Shown here: one piece after another, positions 1 to 13,683 of the stretch | Layout: each line of letters begins with the position of its first letter | How positions within the stretch are numbered: the stretch's first letter is position 1 | DNA from: the human T2T-CHM13v2.0 reference genome, Homo sapiens | Assembly (NCBI RefSeq): GCF_009914755.1 | Contig: NC_060932.1 | Direction: 5' to 3' (one strand) | DNA length: 64,000 nt | Position numbers and translations under genes: made by a program | The notes under the pieces: generated by a model | The model's database searches: none | Seen by the model: the letters and a program-made list of their open reading frames with translations, nothing else | What the model was told of the DNA's origin: nothing

Positions 1-332
1 TTGAGCTGTAGCTCCAATAATCCCCACGTGTCATGGGAAAAACCTGGTGGGAGGTAACTGAATCACGGGGGGCAGGTCTTTCCCATGCTGTTCTCATGAC
101 AGTGAATAAGTCTCATGAGATCTGATGGTTTTATAAAGGTCAGTTCCCCTACACACACTCTCTTGCCTGCTGCCATGTAATAAGATGTGCCTTTGCTCCT
201 CCTTCGCCTTTGGTCATAATTGTGAAGGCTCCCCAGCCATGTGGAACTTGGGGTCCATTACACCTCTTTTTCTTTATATATTACCCAGTCTCCGGTATGT
301 CTTTATTAGCAGCATGGGAATAGACTAATACA
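1..332 (+). mobile_element. THE1-type MaLR LTR, cut by the window start
   Basis: gtgaataagtctcatgagatctgatggttttataaagg and the 3' end cccagtctccggtatgtctttattagcagc...gactaataca match THE1. Confidence 0.88.
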
Positions 333-1679
333 GCCTATTTTTAAAATTAATATAAATGCAATTATACTACAGTTTGAATCTTTCACTTACAATTATGATC
401 ATGAGGTCCTTCCATTTTCTTCATTTTCATGGCTTCATAATATCCCATTGTATGAATGCACCACAATGGATTTATACATTCTACCCTTAATGAACATTAC
501 CAGCCTGGGGCTGTAAAGAACATTCTTGACATGTATTCTCTTATACATATGCATGAGTTTCTCTTGAGTACATACCTAGAAATAGAATTGTTGCTGTATA
601 GTGTTTGCATGTCTTCAACTTAACTACATGCTGAACTATTTTTCCAGAGTAGTCGTACCAATTTACAAAACCACATGACTGCACAAGAATTCCTGGAGCT
701 CTAAATGCTTGCCAATTCATTAAAGTCTGCTAATGTCAGATTTTCACTTTTTGTCAGTCTGCTTGGTGTGTAATGGAATCTCACTTGATCTTAATTTGCA
801 TTTTCCTGATTAATAACGTTAATTATCATTTTATGTTTCTTTGCCACAATTCAAGTCCTTTGCCCATTTTTTCTCTCAGCAGTCTGTCTTTTCTAAAAAA
901 AAATACTGCACATACATTTAAGTCTATTTTTTATATATTCTGAATACTAATCCTTTATCAAATATAATCTCTCTGTTCTTGGCAATTTGTTATTTTTTAT
1001 TTTTCTTTTTTTCTGTTCTTGGCATTTTCTTTATGATGCTTTTTGATGAACCAAAGTTGTCAGATTTTGATATAGTTAAATTTGTCAAATATTTTTCCTT
1101 TACGGTTAGTGCTTTTGTGTCTTGTTTAGGAAATGCTTCCGAAACCCAAGGTCATGAAAATTATCTACTTGAAATTTCGTACGTTTGCCTTTGACATTTA
1201 TGTATTCAATCTACTTGGAATTGATTTTTGTGTATGGTGTGAGGCAGAAATCCAATTAACTTTCTTCCTATAAGAAAATTATCTTATCACTATTGATTAA
1301 GAAGCCATTATTTCCCCAGTACTATGAAATGCCAACTGTGTCATTTGTCATACTTTGACATGAGTGGGTCTGTTTCTGAACTCTCTATTCATTTGTCCCT
1401 ACATCAGATACACAATGTCTTAATAGCTGTAGCTTTATAATGACTCGATATCTGGAAGAATAAGTCCTCTCATCCTCTTGTTCTTATGCAAGTATCTTTG
1501 CTTTTCTTGGACTTTTGCATTTCCCTATAAATGTCGAGATTAGCTTTTAAGATCCACAAAAACAACAACACTGACGACAACAACAACAAAACTGTTGGGA
1601 TCTCATTTGGATTTGCACTGAATTCATAAAACAATTTGGAGAGAATTGGTGTGTTTACCAACCATAAACAAGACCCAAT

Positions 1680-2170
1680 ATTAGATCTTCCAGCTGCCTA
1701 ACTACTAAGCCAATGCCATGTTTTTTTTTGTTTGTTTGTTTTTTGTTTTTTTTTTTTTAGATTTTTTGGTAGCACTCCACTTCAAGGTACCAGTTCCTGG
1801 TAAATAAGTAAACCCTGAAATTCCAGTGGGTGGACATAATAGAAGTTTCTTTCATAATCATGCAAAGCAGTTAATAAAAAGGAGATGGTAACAGTTCTAC
1901 TTCATGAACTCTTCAGGGGCCTAGGCTGACAGAAGCTTCACCACCTTCAATATGTTGCTTCAAAGGTTTCCCTTGGCATTAGCATTCAGCAGGCAGACTG
2001 AATATAGAGAGAGAAGTTCACAGATCATGCAGCAGGTTTTTCTGAGCCAGGTCTGGAAGCAGCATATGTCACTTCTTCCTCATTCCACTGGCCAGAACTC
2101 AGTCACATGACCACTTCAAGGGAGAAGAGGAATGGTGTCCGGCTGGGGAAAGATAAATAGGTATCTAGTG
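1680..2170 (-). mobile_element. MLT1-type MaLR LTR with adjacent internal-region remnant
   Basis: agcactccacttcaaggtaccagttcctg resembles the MaLR internal/LTR junction. tcacttcttcctcattccactggccagaactcagtcacatg is an MLT1J/K-like motif. Confidence 0.6.
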
Positions 2171-3288
2171 GATTTTTCAATCAGCATACATGTATTCTTT
2201 CCTTGACTTACTGCATGAGCTAGGACCCCCACTCCAATGCTGATTAGAAATTGCAATGGCATTCTCTGTAGTTTCTCAATGCATCATTATTAAATACAAT
2301 GCTTGCTATAGGCTTTTGCATGTACTCCTTATCAGAATAAGAAAGTCATCTTTTATATGTGTTTTTAAATCATTTATGAATACTGAATTGTATTCAGTAC
2401 TTTTTAAGCATCTATTTCAATAATCATACATGTTTTTAAAATACCTGCTAAGGTGGTTAATTACATGGGCTAATACTAAAGTGCTAAACTAAGCTTGTGT
2501 TCGTTGGAGGAAACTAAAATTGGTCATGATGTATTATTTTCTTATATACTATTAAATTCAGTTTGCTAATAGTTTGCGTAGGATTTCTGCAAATATAGTC
2601 ATAAGTAAGATTGTCCTACAATTTTCTTTTCTTACATAGTTAAGTTTTGGTATCAAGACTATGCAAGGATCATAAGATGGACTGCATCTCTCTCTAATCT
2701 CTTGAAAACATTATGAAAAACTGCAATTATTTCTTCCTTAAATGTTGGGAGAACTCACTGATGAAGCCAGTGGTGTCTTTATTCAGTTTTATTAAACTAT
2801 ATTTTTAAAGAATGTATCTAACTTTTCAAATTTATTGACACAAAGTTGCTTATCATATCTTCCTGGTTTCTGTAAAATCTCCCACATCTGTAGTGATATC
2901 CCACTTTTTATTCCTAATGTTGTATATTTGTGTCTTCTCACTTTTTCCTTGAACAACTTCCCAGAGCTTTATCAATTTTGTAGCCATTGTGAAATATCGA
3001 CTCTTGGCTTTTTTGATCTTCTGTTTGTTTGCTTCCCATTTCATTTCTTTCTGCCCTTCATTATTTATTTTATACTGTTTGGGTTGAATTTGTTGCTGAT
3101 TTTCTAAGTTCTTGAGATGGACGCTTAGCTCAGCTTCTTTTCTCTTCTAATATATGAATTTAAGGCTCTATATGTCCCTCTGAGAACTGCTTTACCTATG
3201 CCCTATCGATTTTAACATACAGTATTTTAATTATCATTTGATTCAAAGTATTTTACAATTTCCATCATGATTTATCTTTGATAACTAG

Positions 3289-3695
<407 letters not shown>

Positions 3696-4449
3696 TGAGC
3701 CTTTTATGGCCTGGAATATGTTCCTTGTGTGATTGAGAAGAAGGCGCCCCCCCAGGTGTGGGGTACAGCATCTTATGTCCACTGGGTCAAGTGCTGGAAT
3801 TGTGTCGGTCACTCCCTCTACGTCCTTAATAAGGCTCTCAAAGCTCGCATTTTCTGGGATTAACAAGTTTGCTCAGAATAAAGATATATCTAATCCTCTG
3901 CTTACCTGTCTGGGTTCCTGTGTTGCCTTCCATTTTAACCTGGTTAATTCCTCATAGTTCTGTCAGCCCTTTGATGTGATGCTTTATATATATAGTTGTA
4001 TTTTATTCAACATTTGGAGCTGCTTTCAGTGGGCAATTTGGTCTGAATAACTCAGCCTGCCATTCCTGGAACCTAGAAATCCTAGTTCCTGCCAGTGTTA
4101 CCAGCTCTGATTTTTCTGTGACCTAATTCAGTACTCTTTTATGTGAAGTCTAATAATTCTTCTGACTTCATTTCTTTTTAGTGATTTCATACCATTTCAG
4201 CAATTTATTCAAATTCTAAATGACCTAACCATTACTATCTAAGATATGTGAAACTCTTCCTGGCTAAAAGTTTTCAAAAGCCTGATTATTTGGACTTCTT
4301 CATCTTGCAAATCCTTAATAGGATTATAAAATTGTAATGGACATCACAAAGAGTTTAAAATCATCGGATAATGTGCTGCTGTTTCCAGTGGGTCATGTTT
4401 TCTGCTTTCTGATAGAATTGTGTAGCACTGTGGGGCCATGTGCTACCCA

Positions 4450-4675
4450 ACAGAAAGAACATCAGGCTTCGATTTTAGCCCTGAAGTCCGAATTCCACCT
4501 CCGTCAAGCAATGTAGTAAGTGGCTTGTGCCAAATCACTTCACCTCACTGGGCCTTTCTGTTCCTCTACAAAATGGGTCTAAGGTTCATAGGTTGCTTTA
4601 AGGAGCAAATGGGATCACGTACACATGAGCACTTAGCATTGCGCACAGCTCAGGAAAGACCTTCAGTAAGAGTCT
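4450..4675 (+). mobile_element. MIR
   Basis: Core aatcacttcacctcactgggcc...ctctacaaaatggg and tail gcacttagcattg. Confidence 0.7.
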
Positions 4676-5849
4676 GTCACTCAGAGTGCAGACACCAAAC
4701 CCTTGTAACACTAGAAAGGCAAAGGAAAAATGTTAAATAGAAGCTTTATAGTATTATATGACAGAAGGATTTAAAAGTGCAAATAACACTTTTGCAAACA
4801 GCAAAGATACTATGAACACGTATGATAATGTGATAGAAGGGAAAGTGTGACTGAAAGAACAATTAATAAAAATATCAGTTAAATTCTTTTGTTTCATTTT
4901 TCTCTGTTTCTGAAATTCTTAAAAGAATGAAATCCCTTTCAGAATTCATAATGCTGGGTTTGGGTAGCTTTTGCATTTTATATGTGTGCAGCTGTTCTTC
5001 CAATCCGAGTCTGCACATCTGCTCATTAGCAATACAATATCATTCCCACTGTCTAATTATTTGCAGATGATAGATTCCTTGTATATGGTCTAAAAAAGGA
5101 TAGTCCTTCAAAACTGGTGACTTATTTTAAAAAACTAACTTCAAGGGGTCAGCACAAGGAAGTTCAGATATTAATCTGGCAAGTTCAAATATACGAACGA
5201 CAGTATTTTATTGCCAAGTTGATGGGGAACAGAAGGAAAATAGGATTTGTCTCCCTTCAATGAATGTTTCCCAGTAGACAGCACAGGGGACCTGCTTCTC
5301 CACAGTGCACCTGGAAAGAGGCTCGGGAGCCAACCTCCTGAACACGGAGTGGACCTATCCCACCCGATTCCCTGGGACCACCTGGAAAAAACTCGCCTGG
5401 AGCAGGGCTTTGTGGTGACTGCACACGTCTGGCAGGGAAGCCCATGCAGCCCAAGGACACCAAGTAGAGAAGAGTCCTTGCAGGCTCTCTAGTTCCAAGC
5501 ACAGGCTGAGGAGCCCCACAGAATCCCCAGCTCACGGTAAGGCCAGGATGTGTGGCCCTGGGGCCCCAGGAAACCCAACAGCATAGACGGTGCAGCCCAC
5601 GGGGGGCAAACCAGACCAAGCCTTCTGAGGACAACTGGGAGCTGTGCTGCAGGTGGAAAGGGGTGAAGAGGAGCTGATTGAGGATAAAGGGTGTGAACCA
5701 AGAATAGGAAGCCATCAGGGGTAATCAGAACATGAGCTGAGGAAAAATGATAGAGAACAAGCAGACAAATACTGGGATTCACGAAAGAACAAGACAAACA
5801 AACAGCAGCTGGTGATGGAAACGGCCCTTCCACAGGCGGCATGAGCACG

Positions 5850-5975
5850 ACAGCTATTAGAGCCAGCGCTTATTCCGCACCAGGCGCCACGCTCTGCACG
5901 GCAGGCTCCGCGCCCGTGTGCGCCCCGACACTGAGAAGGCACAAACTATTACAGATGCAGAAACAGAGGTTCACT
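5850..5975 (-). mobile_element. Degenerate MIR remnant, CpG-rich
   Basis: gcgcttattccgcaccaggc...ttacagatgcagaaacagagg resembles antisense MIR. Confidence 0.5.
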
Positions 5976-6004
5976 CACTAGTTCAATGAGAAAACATTTA
6001 ATAC

Positions 6005-6810
6005 AAAGCCCACCTTCTAGAGGAGTCAGAGAATAAGCAATAAACAATTAAACATGTGATTTTACCTCATGATGAGTTAGGAAGCAAGGAGAGAATGATA
6101 GTACAGAAGTTCATGGGGGTGAGGGCTGGGACTGCTACTTTAATTAGGGTGGGCAGGGAAGACCTTTCTGAGGACGATATCTTCAGCTGAGACTTAAAGG
6201 AGAAGGAGCCAGTCACATAGTTCTTGCTCTCCTCGATCCTGGAGCAAGGAAGAGCAACATTTACTAAGCACCCCTTAGGGGCCAGTCTTAGTGGCAGATG
6301 TTTTATAATCCTAATTCCATTTAATCCTGACTATAACCCTATGAAGTAGGCATCACTGACTTTGCTTAGCAGAAGAGAAGCAATGAGGTTCCAAAGACTT
6401 GCAGTCTTGCCTGATGTTGGTGGCAGACCAAGAGCTATGGACAGGCTAAGCAGTAGGAACAGTGTGCGAGGCAAGAAAGAGCTCAAGTCTTCCAGGAATG
6501 GAACAGATGAAGGCGACAGTAACTGAAGCACAGTGAGCATGGATGGGGCATAGTCTGGGGAGAACTGTGGTATGAGCCAAAGTCGGAAAGGCAAGTGCCA
6601 ATCAGGTAATCCCAGGCCACACTGGCCACTGTAAAGAGTCCGGATCTCATCCCAAAGAAATCGGGCAACCGGCAAAGTGCTTTAAGCCAGAGGGGGCCAC
6701 AGCTGGTTTTGTGTTTTTAACAGGGCATTATGGAGCAGGGAATGAGAAAGGGTGAGACAGGCCAGTTAGTAGACTACTGGAGGACCTACGTGGTCAAGTG
6801 GATAGAGAGA
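6005..6810 (-). mobile_element. L2 fragment with nested MIR (~6255-6450)
   Basis: agggtgggcagggaagacctttctgagg...cagctgagactt is L2-like. ccatttaatcct...aaccctatgaagtagg is MIR-like. Confidence 0.65.
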
Positions 6811-6991
6811 AATGAGGCCTGTCCGCACAGCGAGTGCCGGGCCGATCTGGTTCACAGCCATGACATCTCTGACCCCAGGGTCCACACTCTTAACAACAGG
6901 TTTGATTAAAGACGTTTTAATTAAGGGAACACTGCAATTAAGGCTTTCAGAAGGGTAACTGGGAGTTCATCACCAGCTTATAGTTGAAGGC

Positions 6992-7430
6992 TGTGTTAGT
7001 CAAGACATAGGTTCAGCTGCTGTAGAAAATGAGAATAAGAAGGCTTCAATGAACCACAATAGCAGTACTTTAAACAAGAGTTCTTGCCTAAAGATCCAGC
7101 CTGGGATGGTGACTCTGGCTCCTTAGTCTCACAGCTCTAGCAGCACAAGGGTCAGGCTCCATCCCTGGGCTTCGTGATGGTCCACCACTTCAGCCCCACA
7201 CTAACTTGTGGGAAGGGAGGAAGTGGAAGAGAATGCCCCTTCCTCTAAGGCCACAAACCCAGAAGCTGCACGCTGTCACTTCTACTAAGGCCCCCATAGT
7301 CAGAATTTAGACATGTGGCCATACTTAGCTCTAAGGTGTCTCAGGGATTTTGTCTTTATGGGTGGCTGCACACCAGCTAAAATTCTTAAACTACACAGGT
7401 GGGGGAACCCTAATATTGGGGTCAACCAGC
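6992..7430 (-). mobile_element. MLT1 (J/K-like) LTR
   Basis: tgtgttagtcaag...gctgctgta start and gtcagaatttagacatgtggccatacttagct motif. Confidence 0.6.
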
Positions 7431-7760
7431 ACTCTCAGCCAGAGGCCTCTGCAAAGGCCACTGCTCCCCAAGGAGTATACCGGAGCAGTTTCCAGACCAC
7501 AGTCCTCTGGGAAGGCTTGGAGTTGCCACAAAAGCTCCACGCATCCAACTGTGCAGCAGGCAAGATCTAGAGCCTGGAGAATGCATTATGTGTACAATAG
7601 TTCCCTTTTCCAGAAGTACATGATGTGGAAGTGGTGAATATGATAGGCATGCAATTTAAAGTATAATTAAATCCATGGTAGCATTTTAATATATTTGCTT
7701 TTTTAAATGTACTAAAAGCCCAATTGTTATCACTGGAGGATCCATAAAAATGTGCACCCC

Positions 7761-8055
7761 AGCTGGGCGCAGTGGCCACATCTGTCATCCCAGAACTTTG
7801 GAAGGCTGAGGCAGGTGGATTGCTTGAGCCCAGGAGTTCCAGACCAGCCTGAGCAACATGGCGAAATCCATCTCTACCAAAAATACAAAAAATAAGTTGG
7901 GCATGGTGGCGTGCACCTGTCATCCTAGCTACTCAGGAGGCTGAGGTGGGAGGATGTCTTGAGCTTGGGAGGCAGAAGTTGCAGTAAGCCAATTGTGCCA
8001 CTGCACTCCAGCCTAGGTGACAGAGCAAGACCATGTCTCAAAAAAAAAAAAAAAA
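7761..8055 (+). mobile_element. AluJ
   Basis: gattgcttgagcccaggag diagnostic, poly(A) tail, TSD aaaaatgtgca(c/t)cc. Confidence 0.93.
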
Positions 8056-8109
8056 TGTGCATCCTTAGAAGAGGTCTTCCTAGTCAGGAAGCTTGGATTC
8101 CTCTAGTGT

Positions 8110-8330
8110 ATGGAAAAGAAAATAGACCTGAGCTTTAGACAGAGCTGCATCCAAATACTGCCACTAACATTAAGCAAGATTATGAGTCTTTTGGAACCTC
8201 ATTGCTCCTCTTCTGCTAAGCAAAGACAATGATCCTTACTTCACAGGGTTATGGTCAGATTTAAATGCAATTAGGATTATGAAACATCTATCGCTAAGAC
8301 TGGCCCCTAAGAGGTGCTTAGTAAATATTG
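8110..8330 (+). mobile_element. MIR
   Basis: ccttacttcacagggttatggtcagatttaaatg...ggtgcttagtaaatatt. Confidence 0.6.
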
Positions 8331-8859
8331 CTCTCCCTTGCTCCAGGACTGAGGACAGCAAGATGGGTTGCAACTGAGAAATCAGATTTAGTGGGTGAAG
8401 TCACACAAAACTGAAGACCCTCTGCCTGGTGTACCTGTGGCTTGGCTCGAGGCACTCAGTCTGTGCCCCGAGTCCTACGCAGGACTAGGAGGTCTGAATT
8501 GTGTTATTCATGCACAGGTCATTCTAGTTAGGAGGATACAGACCAGCCATGAAATGCTGGGAACCTGATCCAGTTCCTTAGATTACTCTGTGAGAAGAAG
8601 CCTTAAGGAGGCTTTTGAGCAAGGATCCACCAGCCTCATCACCACTGTCAGCACCAGCAAGGTCCCAGAAGACAACATAAACAATGCTGAACTCTTTCCA
8701 ACCAATGCAAGAGACACAAGAATCTCGGTGGGTAGAAAACCCACACTTTAGTAGATGGAGGGTAAATACTTACCCAGACAAAGAATCAAGGGCAACACAG
8801 ATGTAAGAATAAATGTAAAATTAAAATCTGATGGAATTGTATTGTTGTGTTGAAAAAGA

Positions 8860-9100
8860 CGTAACAACAATACCTGGCACTGGCATGGCACCTATACCAT
8901 TTTCATGTTATTTTCACACTATTTTATTTAATTCCTACATCAGACCATTAAGTCGGCAGTATAGACATTATTATCCCTTTTTCTGTAGATGAGAAAAATG
9001 GAGGTTCAGGTTGGGTAAGTGTCCTGGCCAAAATCATGTGGTTGGGAAGGGGCCAACCAGGGACCAGAACTCAAAACTCCTAAATCTCAGGCACCCACCA
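8860..9100 (-). mobile_element. MIR
   Basis: attattatccc...gtagatgagaaaatggaggttcagg core. Confidence 0.65.
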
Positions 9101-9505
9101 CGTTGCCTGGAGACAGTGGGAGTCTGGGTACCCCATGGCCAGGAATGTACACCTGCCAGTCTATCCTCAGAAGCCTAAAGGAACTATCTTCATCCCATGA
9201 GTAAGAAAGAAGGCCAGAATAGAACCTATTGGCTTAAACAGTGGGATTCAAATGTTTCAGCAAAAGTAGAGGTTCTGTGGTAATTGGTAAATTAAAAGAA
9301 AAGACTATTCCACTTACTGACCACATGAGTAATGATGCTAGCATGTCTGTCATTCCTCCTTAGGCTAATCCGTGCAGTGGCATCCTCTTCAGACTCACTG
9401 TCTAGTGGCTGTGGAATAACAGGTCTCGGGCCTCACCTATACCTTAAAAAGCCTACACCTTCCAATCTCTCACTTACCAGCTTTGCTCCCTCCAAAATGG
9501 CAGAA

Positions 9506-9869
<364 letters not shown>

Positions 9870-10980
9870 TCAGCACCTTGAAGCAGGAAAGAACATGCTG
9901 AATGTTCTCTGTTTAGCCTATGCCATGAAGATCTGATTTAACTGAAAGGGGACTCTAAGCTTACATTCTTGCTGTTTCTACTACAGTAAGACCATTGACA
10001 TCAGCAAGAATCTCCACATTTGCAAATATCACTGTAGATACTGCTTCTCCTATAAAATGCAGTGAATTATAACCAAAAAAATTTAAGGCCCCTTCAAGTC
10101 CTTAATGACTTTACAAAAAGGTACTAAAATCTTTCAACATGCTAATTAAAATACATTTCTCTTGAGTCACATTTCTGTGGAAATCATGTTTCCTGGGCAC
10201 ATCTTCACATCAAATGTCAATGACTTTTCAACTTCTACACAAGTTTTGTCTTTTTGTTGATAAGCAATTCTGGCACAGGCAAGAGCATTGCTCGAGTAGT
10301 TTTAGTAATCACTTTTGTTTCTGAAAAGAACCTGGAGTGGACTACTGCCTCACAGATCAGAATCACCACCAAATCCAACCTGCTGCTCTCTTTCAAAATG
10401 TCCATTTTCTGAGTAAGAACAGTCAGTCTTACATATCTTCACCACCCTCATCTTCTCTAGTGGCGGCTTTCTTTTCAAGACCAACTTTTACTGTGAAACG
10501 TGACAGGTTGCCATGTGACCTCAAGTAGAGATTTAGGCAGCTGTGGTCAGATGTGGTGAGTGAGTGATAGCCAAGTTCATTTGTAGCCTGGCTCTCCCCT
10601 GCCTCTGGTCCATCCTTCGAGGAGCAGGCTTCAAATTCTGACCTTGGAAAAATGACACTTGACATGTGTCACTGTTTTTGGACCTTCAGGGTTCCCCAGG
10701 AATATCAACTCCATTGATACCAGAGTTATTCTGAACTTAAGGGTTGGTTATTGTTTGTTTTTTGCCTTTAATGTTCAAGTGCTAACACATACTTGTTTTA
10801 ATGATTTCATGTTAACATTTAGCCTGTGGTCTTATGCGCATTTATCTGTTTGCTCACTTGATCTCAGCATATTGGAATTAATTATTTTCTTCCTGTAGGA
10901 ATATATTTTCCATGTGCATTAACCAAGAGGCCGGATACTCGTGCGTATCCCAGATGCCTTAGTGATTTAGTACACCTGGT

Positions 10981-11303
<323 letters not shown>

Positions 11304-13578
11304 GGGCACCTGGCAAATATAATGGGCATAAGATTGTTTGGATTGAATGGGTGGATTAGTAAGGATTTTTGTTACTGTTACATGTAATAGAAACTAAAAA
11401 ACTAGCTTAAGAAAAACAAAGCCAGCTGAGTAGAGGTTCCTGACGGAGGATCTCTCGCCCTACCCTTAACTAACCATCATCCCCTGCCCTTCCTTACCTC
11501 TTCCTCACCTGTGGGGAGGCCACTGACCTATGGAAAGAGATGGTCCATAAGAGAGGCAGAAGGGTGGGGACCACAGATTGGAGGGGTCCTGGGGCAGTCA
11601 GGGTTGCCCTGGTGTTGATGAGTGGTTCTCTGAATTCAGCTGGGGAGACTGGATCACGCTACAACCTTAGCCATGCCCTTGCCTTGTTTTGGTCTCCATA
11701 TTACCACCTATGATGTGAAGATCTGGAAAATCTTTTTTAACCCCAGAGACGCCACCATTACAAACACAGAGCCCATAGAAGGCCAAATGATGAACAGAGA
11801 GGTGAGTTCTCCCAGCCCAAACCCTCATCATAGTAGTATTCCCCCCGAGGTTCAGGGGCCGGTATTAGCAACCCAATTAATCAATGAAGATGTGATCAAA
11901 TGAAAGCATTTAAGAGCGGTATGGAGAGAGAAGTTGACGACAGACTTGGCCTTCTTTACAATTCTGCCAGGCCTAAGCCTAAGGAGATTCTATCAGGACG
12001 TGGCATTGCAGTTGGCCACATTAAAGGACACAGACCCGACCTGTCACCTACATGCCTTCAGGCCTTGCCTGGGCCTCTGATACATGTCTTCACTGATAAT
12101 TTTGGAGCTCTTATCATCTTCCTCTGACCCTTGACTTTGACAGTCAAATGGCTGAACGTCTGCTCCATCTGGATTGATGACTTACCAGAAGGAGCGACTG
12201 GCTGTCACCACCCTGATTTATGATCCTCACTGCAGAGCTTCCTGCAGAACCAAAGCAATCTAGGCCCACAGACCTGCCTTCCCACATGAAGTGATGTCCC
12301 ATATCCCAAGCTAGGGTGACACGTGAACCTTCTGATTAGAGTGTTCTTGTCCTACCGGTTCTTTCCCTACCCTGCCCCATACCTCATCCCTCTTCCACCA
12401 GGTACCCATTCCCCCATGTCAAACCAGACTTTGTGGTCATGGAAATCGTGCCCCCGGCCTCCTTCCTAGGCCCAGACCTCTAGGCCCCCATCTGCCCTGA
12501 TAGATCTGCGTGGATCCTGAACCTGCCTCACCCTGCTCGAGTTTGTCACTTTGCTGCTCTTGCCTCATCTCTGACCTTTGCCCTCTGGCAAAAAGCCCTA
12601 GAATGGGATGGTTCTTAGAACCAGCACTCAGGACCCACCAACCTGTGCTGCTACAGGCATATGAAGATTCCACCATGAAGCACAATTTACATTTGGAGAA
12701 AAACTTCACTCATCAAGAAATAACACTGCATATCCACTACACAAAAATCTGACACCAAAGAGAAAATACTTTGGTGAAATAGACTGACTGCCAAATGAAG
12801 AGGGTTTGTGAAAAACCACATCTATTGCATAGGACTTTTCAGTTCATAAGCTGCATAATATCAGATCATCACACTGGCAAAGCAGGGCCTGCAAGGCTGC
12901 TGGGATGCGATCTTGAAATTGCTTCATTATTGAATATTACAATGATATTTGCCAACATGGAATATTTCACTTGTGTATGCATTCAAATAAAATTTCCAAC
13001 CACCATTGTTTATAGCCCAAATATATTAATATCTCCACATAACAAATTCCAAAGAGAACAAATGAAATATTTAAATGAGCAAGCTTTGTGGACCTAGTGA
13101 ATACTGCATTTTACCTTTATGTTCTTCTTTATCACCACATACATTTTTTTAAAAAAATCCAACCTGATAACGTCAAAAGACGAGAAAGGCTAAACTCAGA
13201 GAAATAAAGAAACCATAAATCAGGAATCTTTGGAGCTGCTGGAAAGACACTTTAATTTTGTAGACAAAAGACTGCATTAAGGAGGAATAATGCAATAATC
13301 AAAGGTGAACGGATCGCTATTGTCTGGCGTCTTCCTCTGTGGGAATTTTCCCACCCCTGACAGCTGTAAGGGGGGCAGGGGCGCCGAATGTGGCTGTGCC
13401 TTTATTCTCTCACCCTTTTTCTCCCCAGCCCCTCCTCTCCTCCGTCAATAAATGTCTGCAATCATATTCTTGAGCTCCTGTGTGATTTCAAGGTTCATCT
13501 CTTCCATGCAGCTCAAACACTAATTATCCCAGCTGTAATTAGTAAGATAATTAAATACTGGCTCACTCATCACTCTAC

Positions 13579-13683
13579 CTTGGGTCGGGTCGTGATTCTC
13601 CCAGAAGACCTTGAGCAGTTCCTCAAAACTCATGTGTTCTGGCTGGTACACCACTCGGACGACTTCTGCATGGCCAGTTTTTT
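13579..13683 (-). CDS. MSRA: Internal coding exon of methionine sulfoxide reductase A (probably exon 4), 105 nt, phase 1-1
   Basis: Translation [35 protein letters not shown] contains the MsrA GHAE and HDPT motifs. Acceptor is ttttgttttttccaAG (AG at 13685-13684) and donor is AAG|GTagag (GT at 13578-13577). The exon number is recalled, not derived. Confidence 0.97.

Noticed and set aside
2853-3044. ORF resembling L1 ORF2p
   Set aside because: Short remnant of a dead L1; no intact endonuclease or RT frame.
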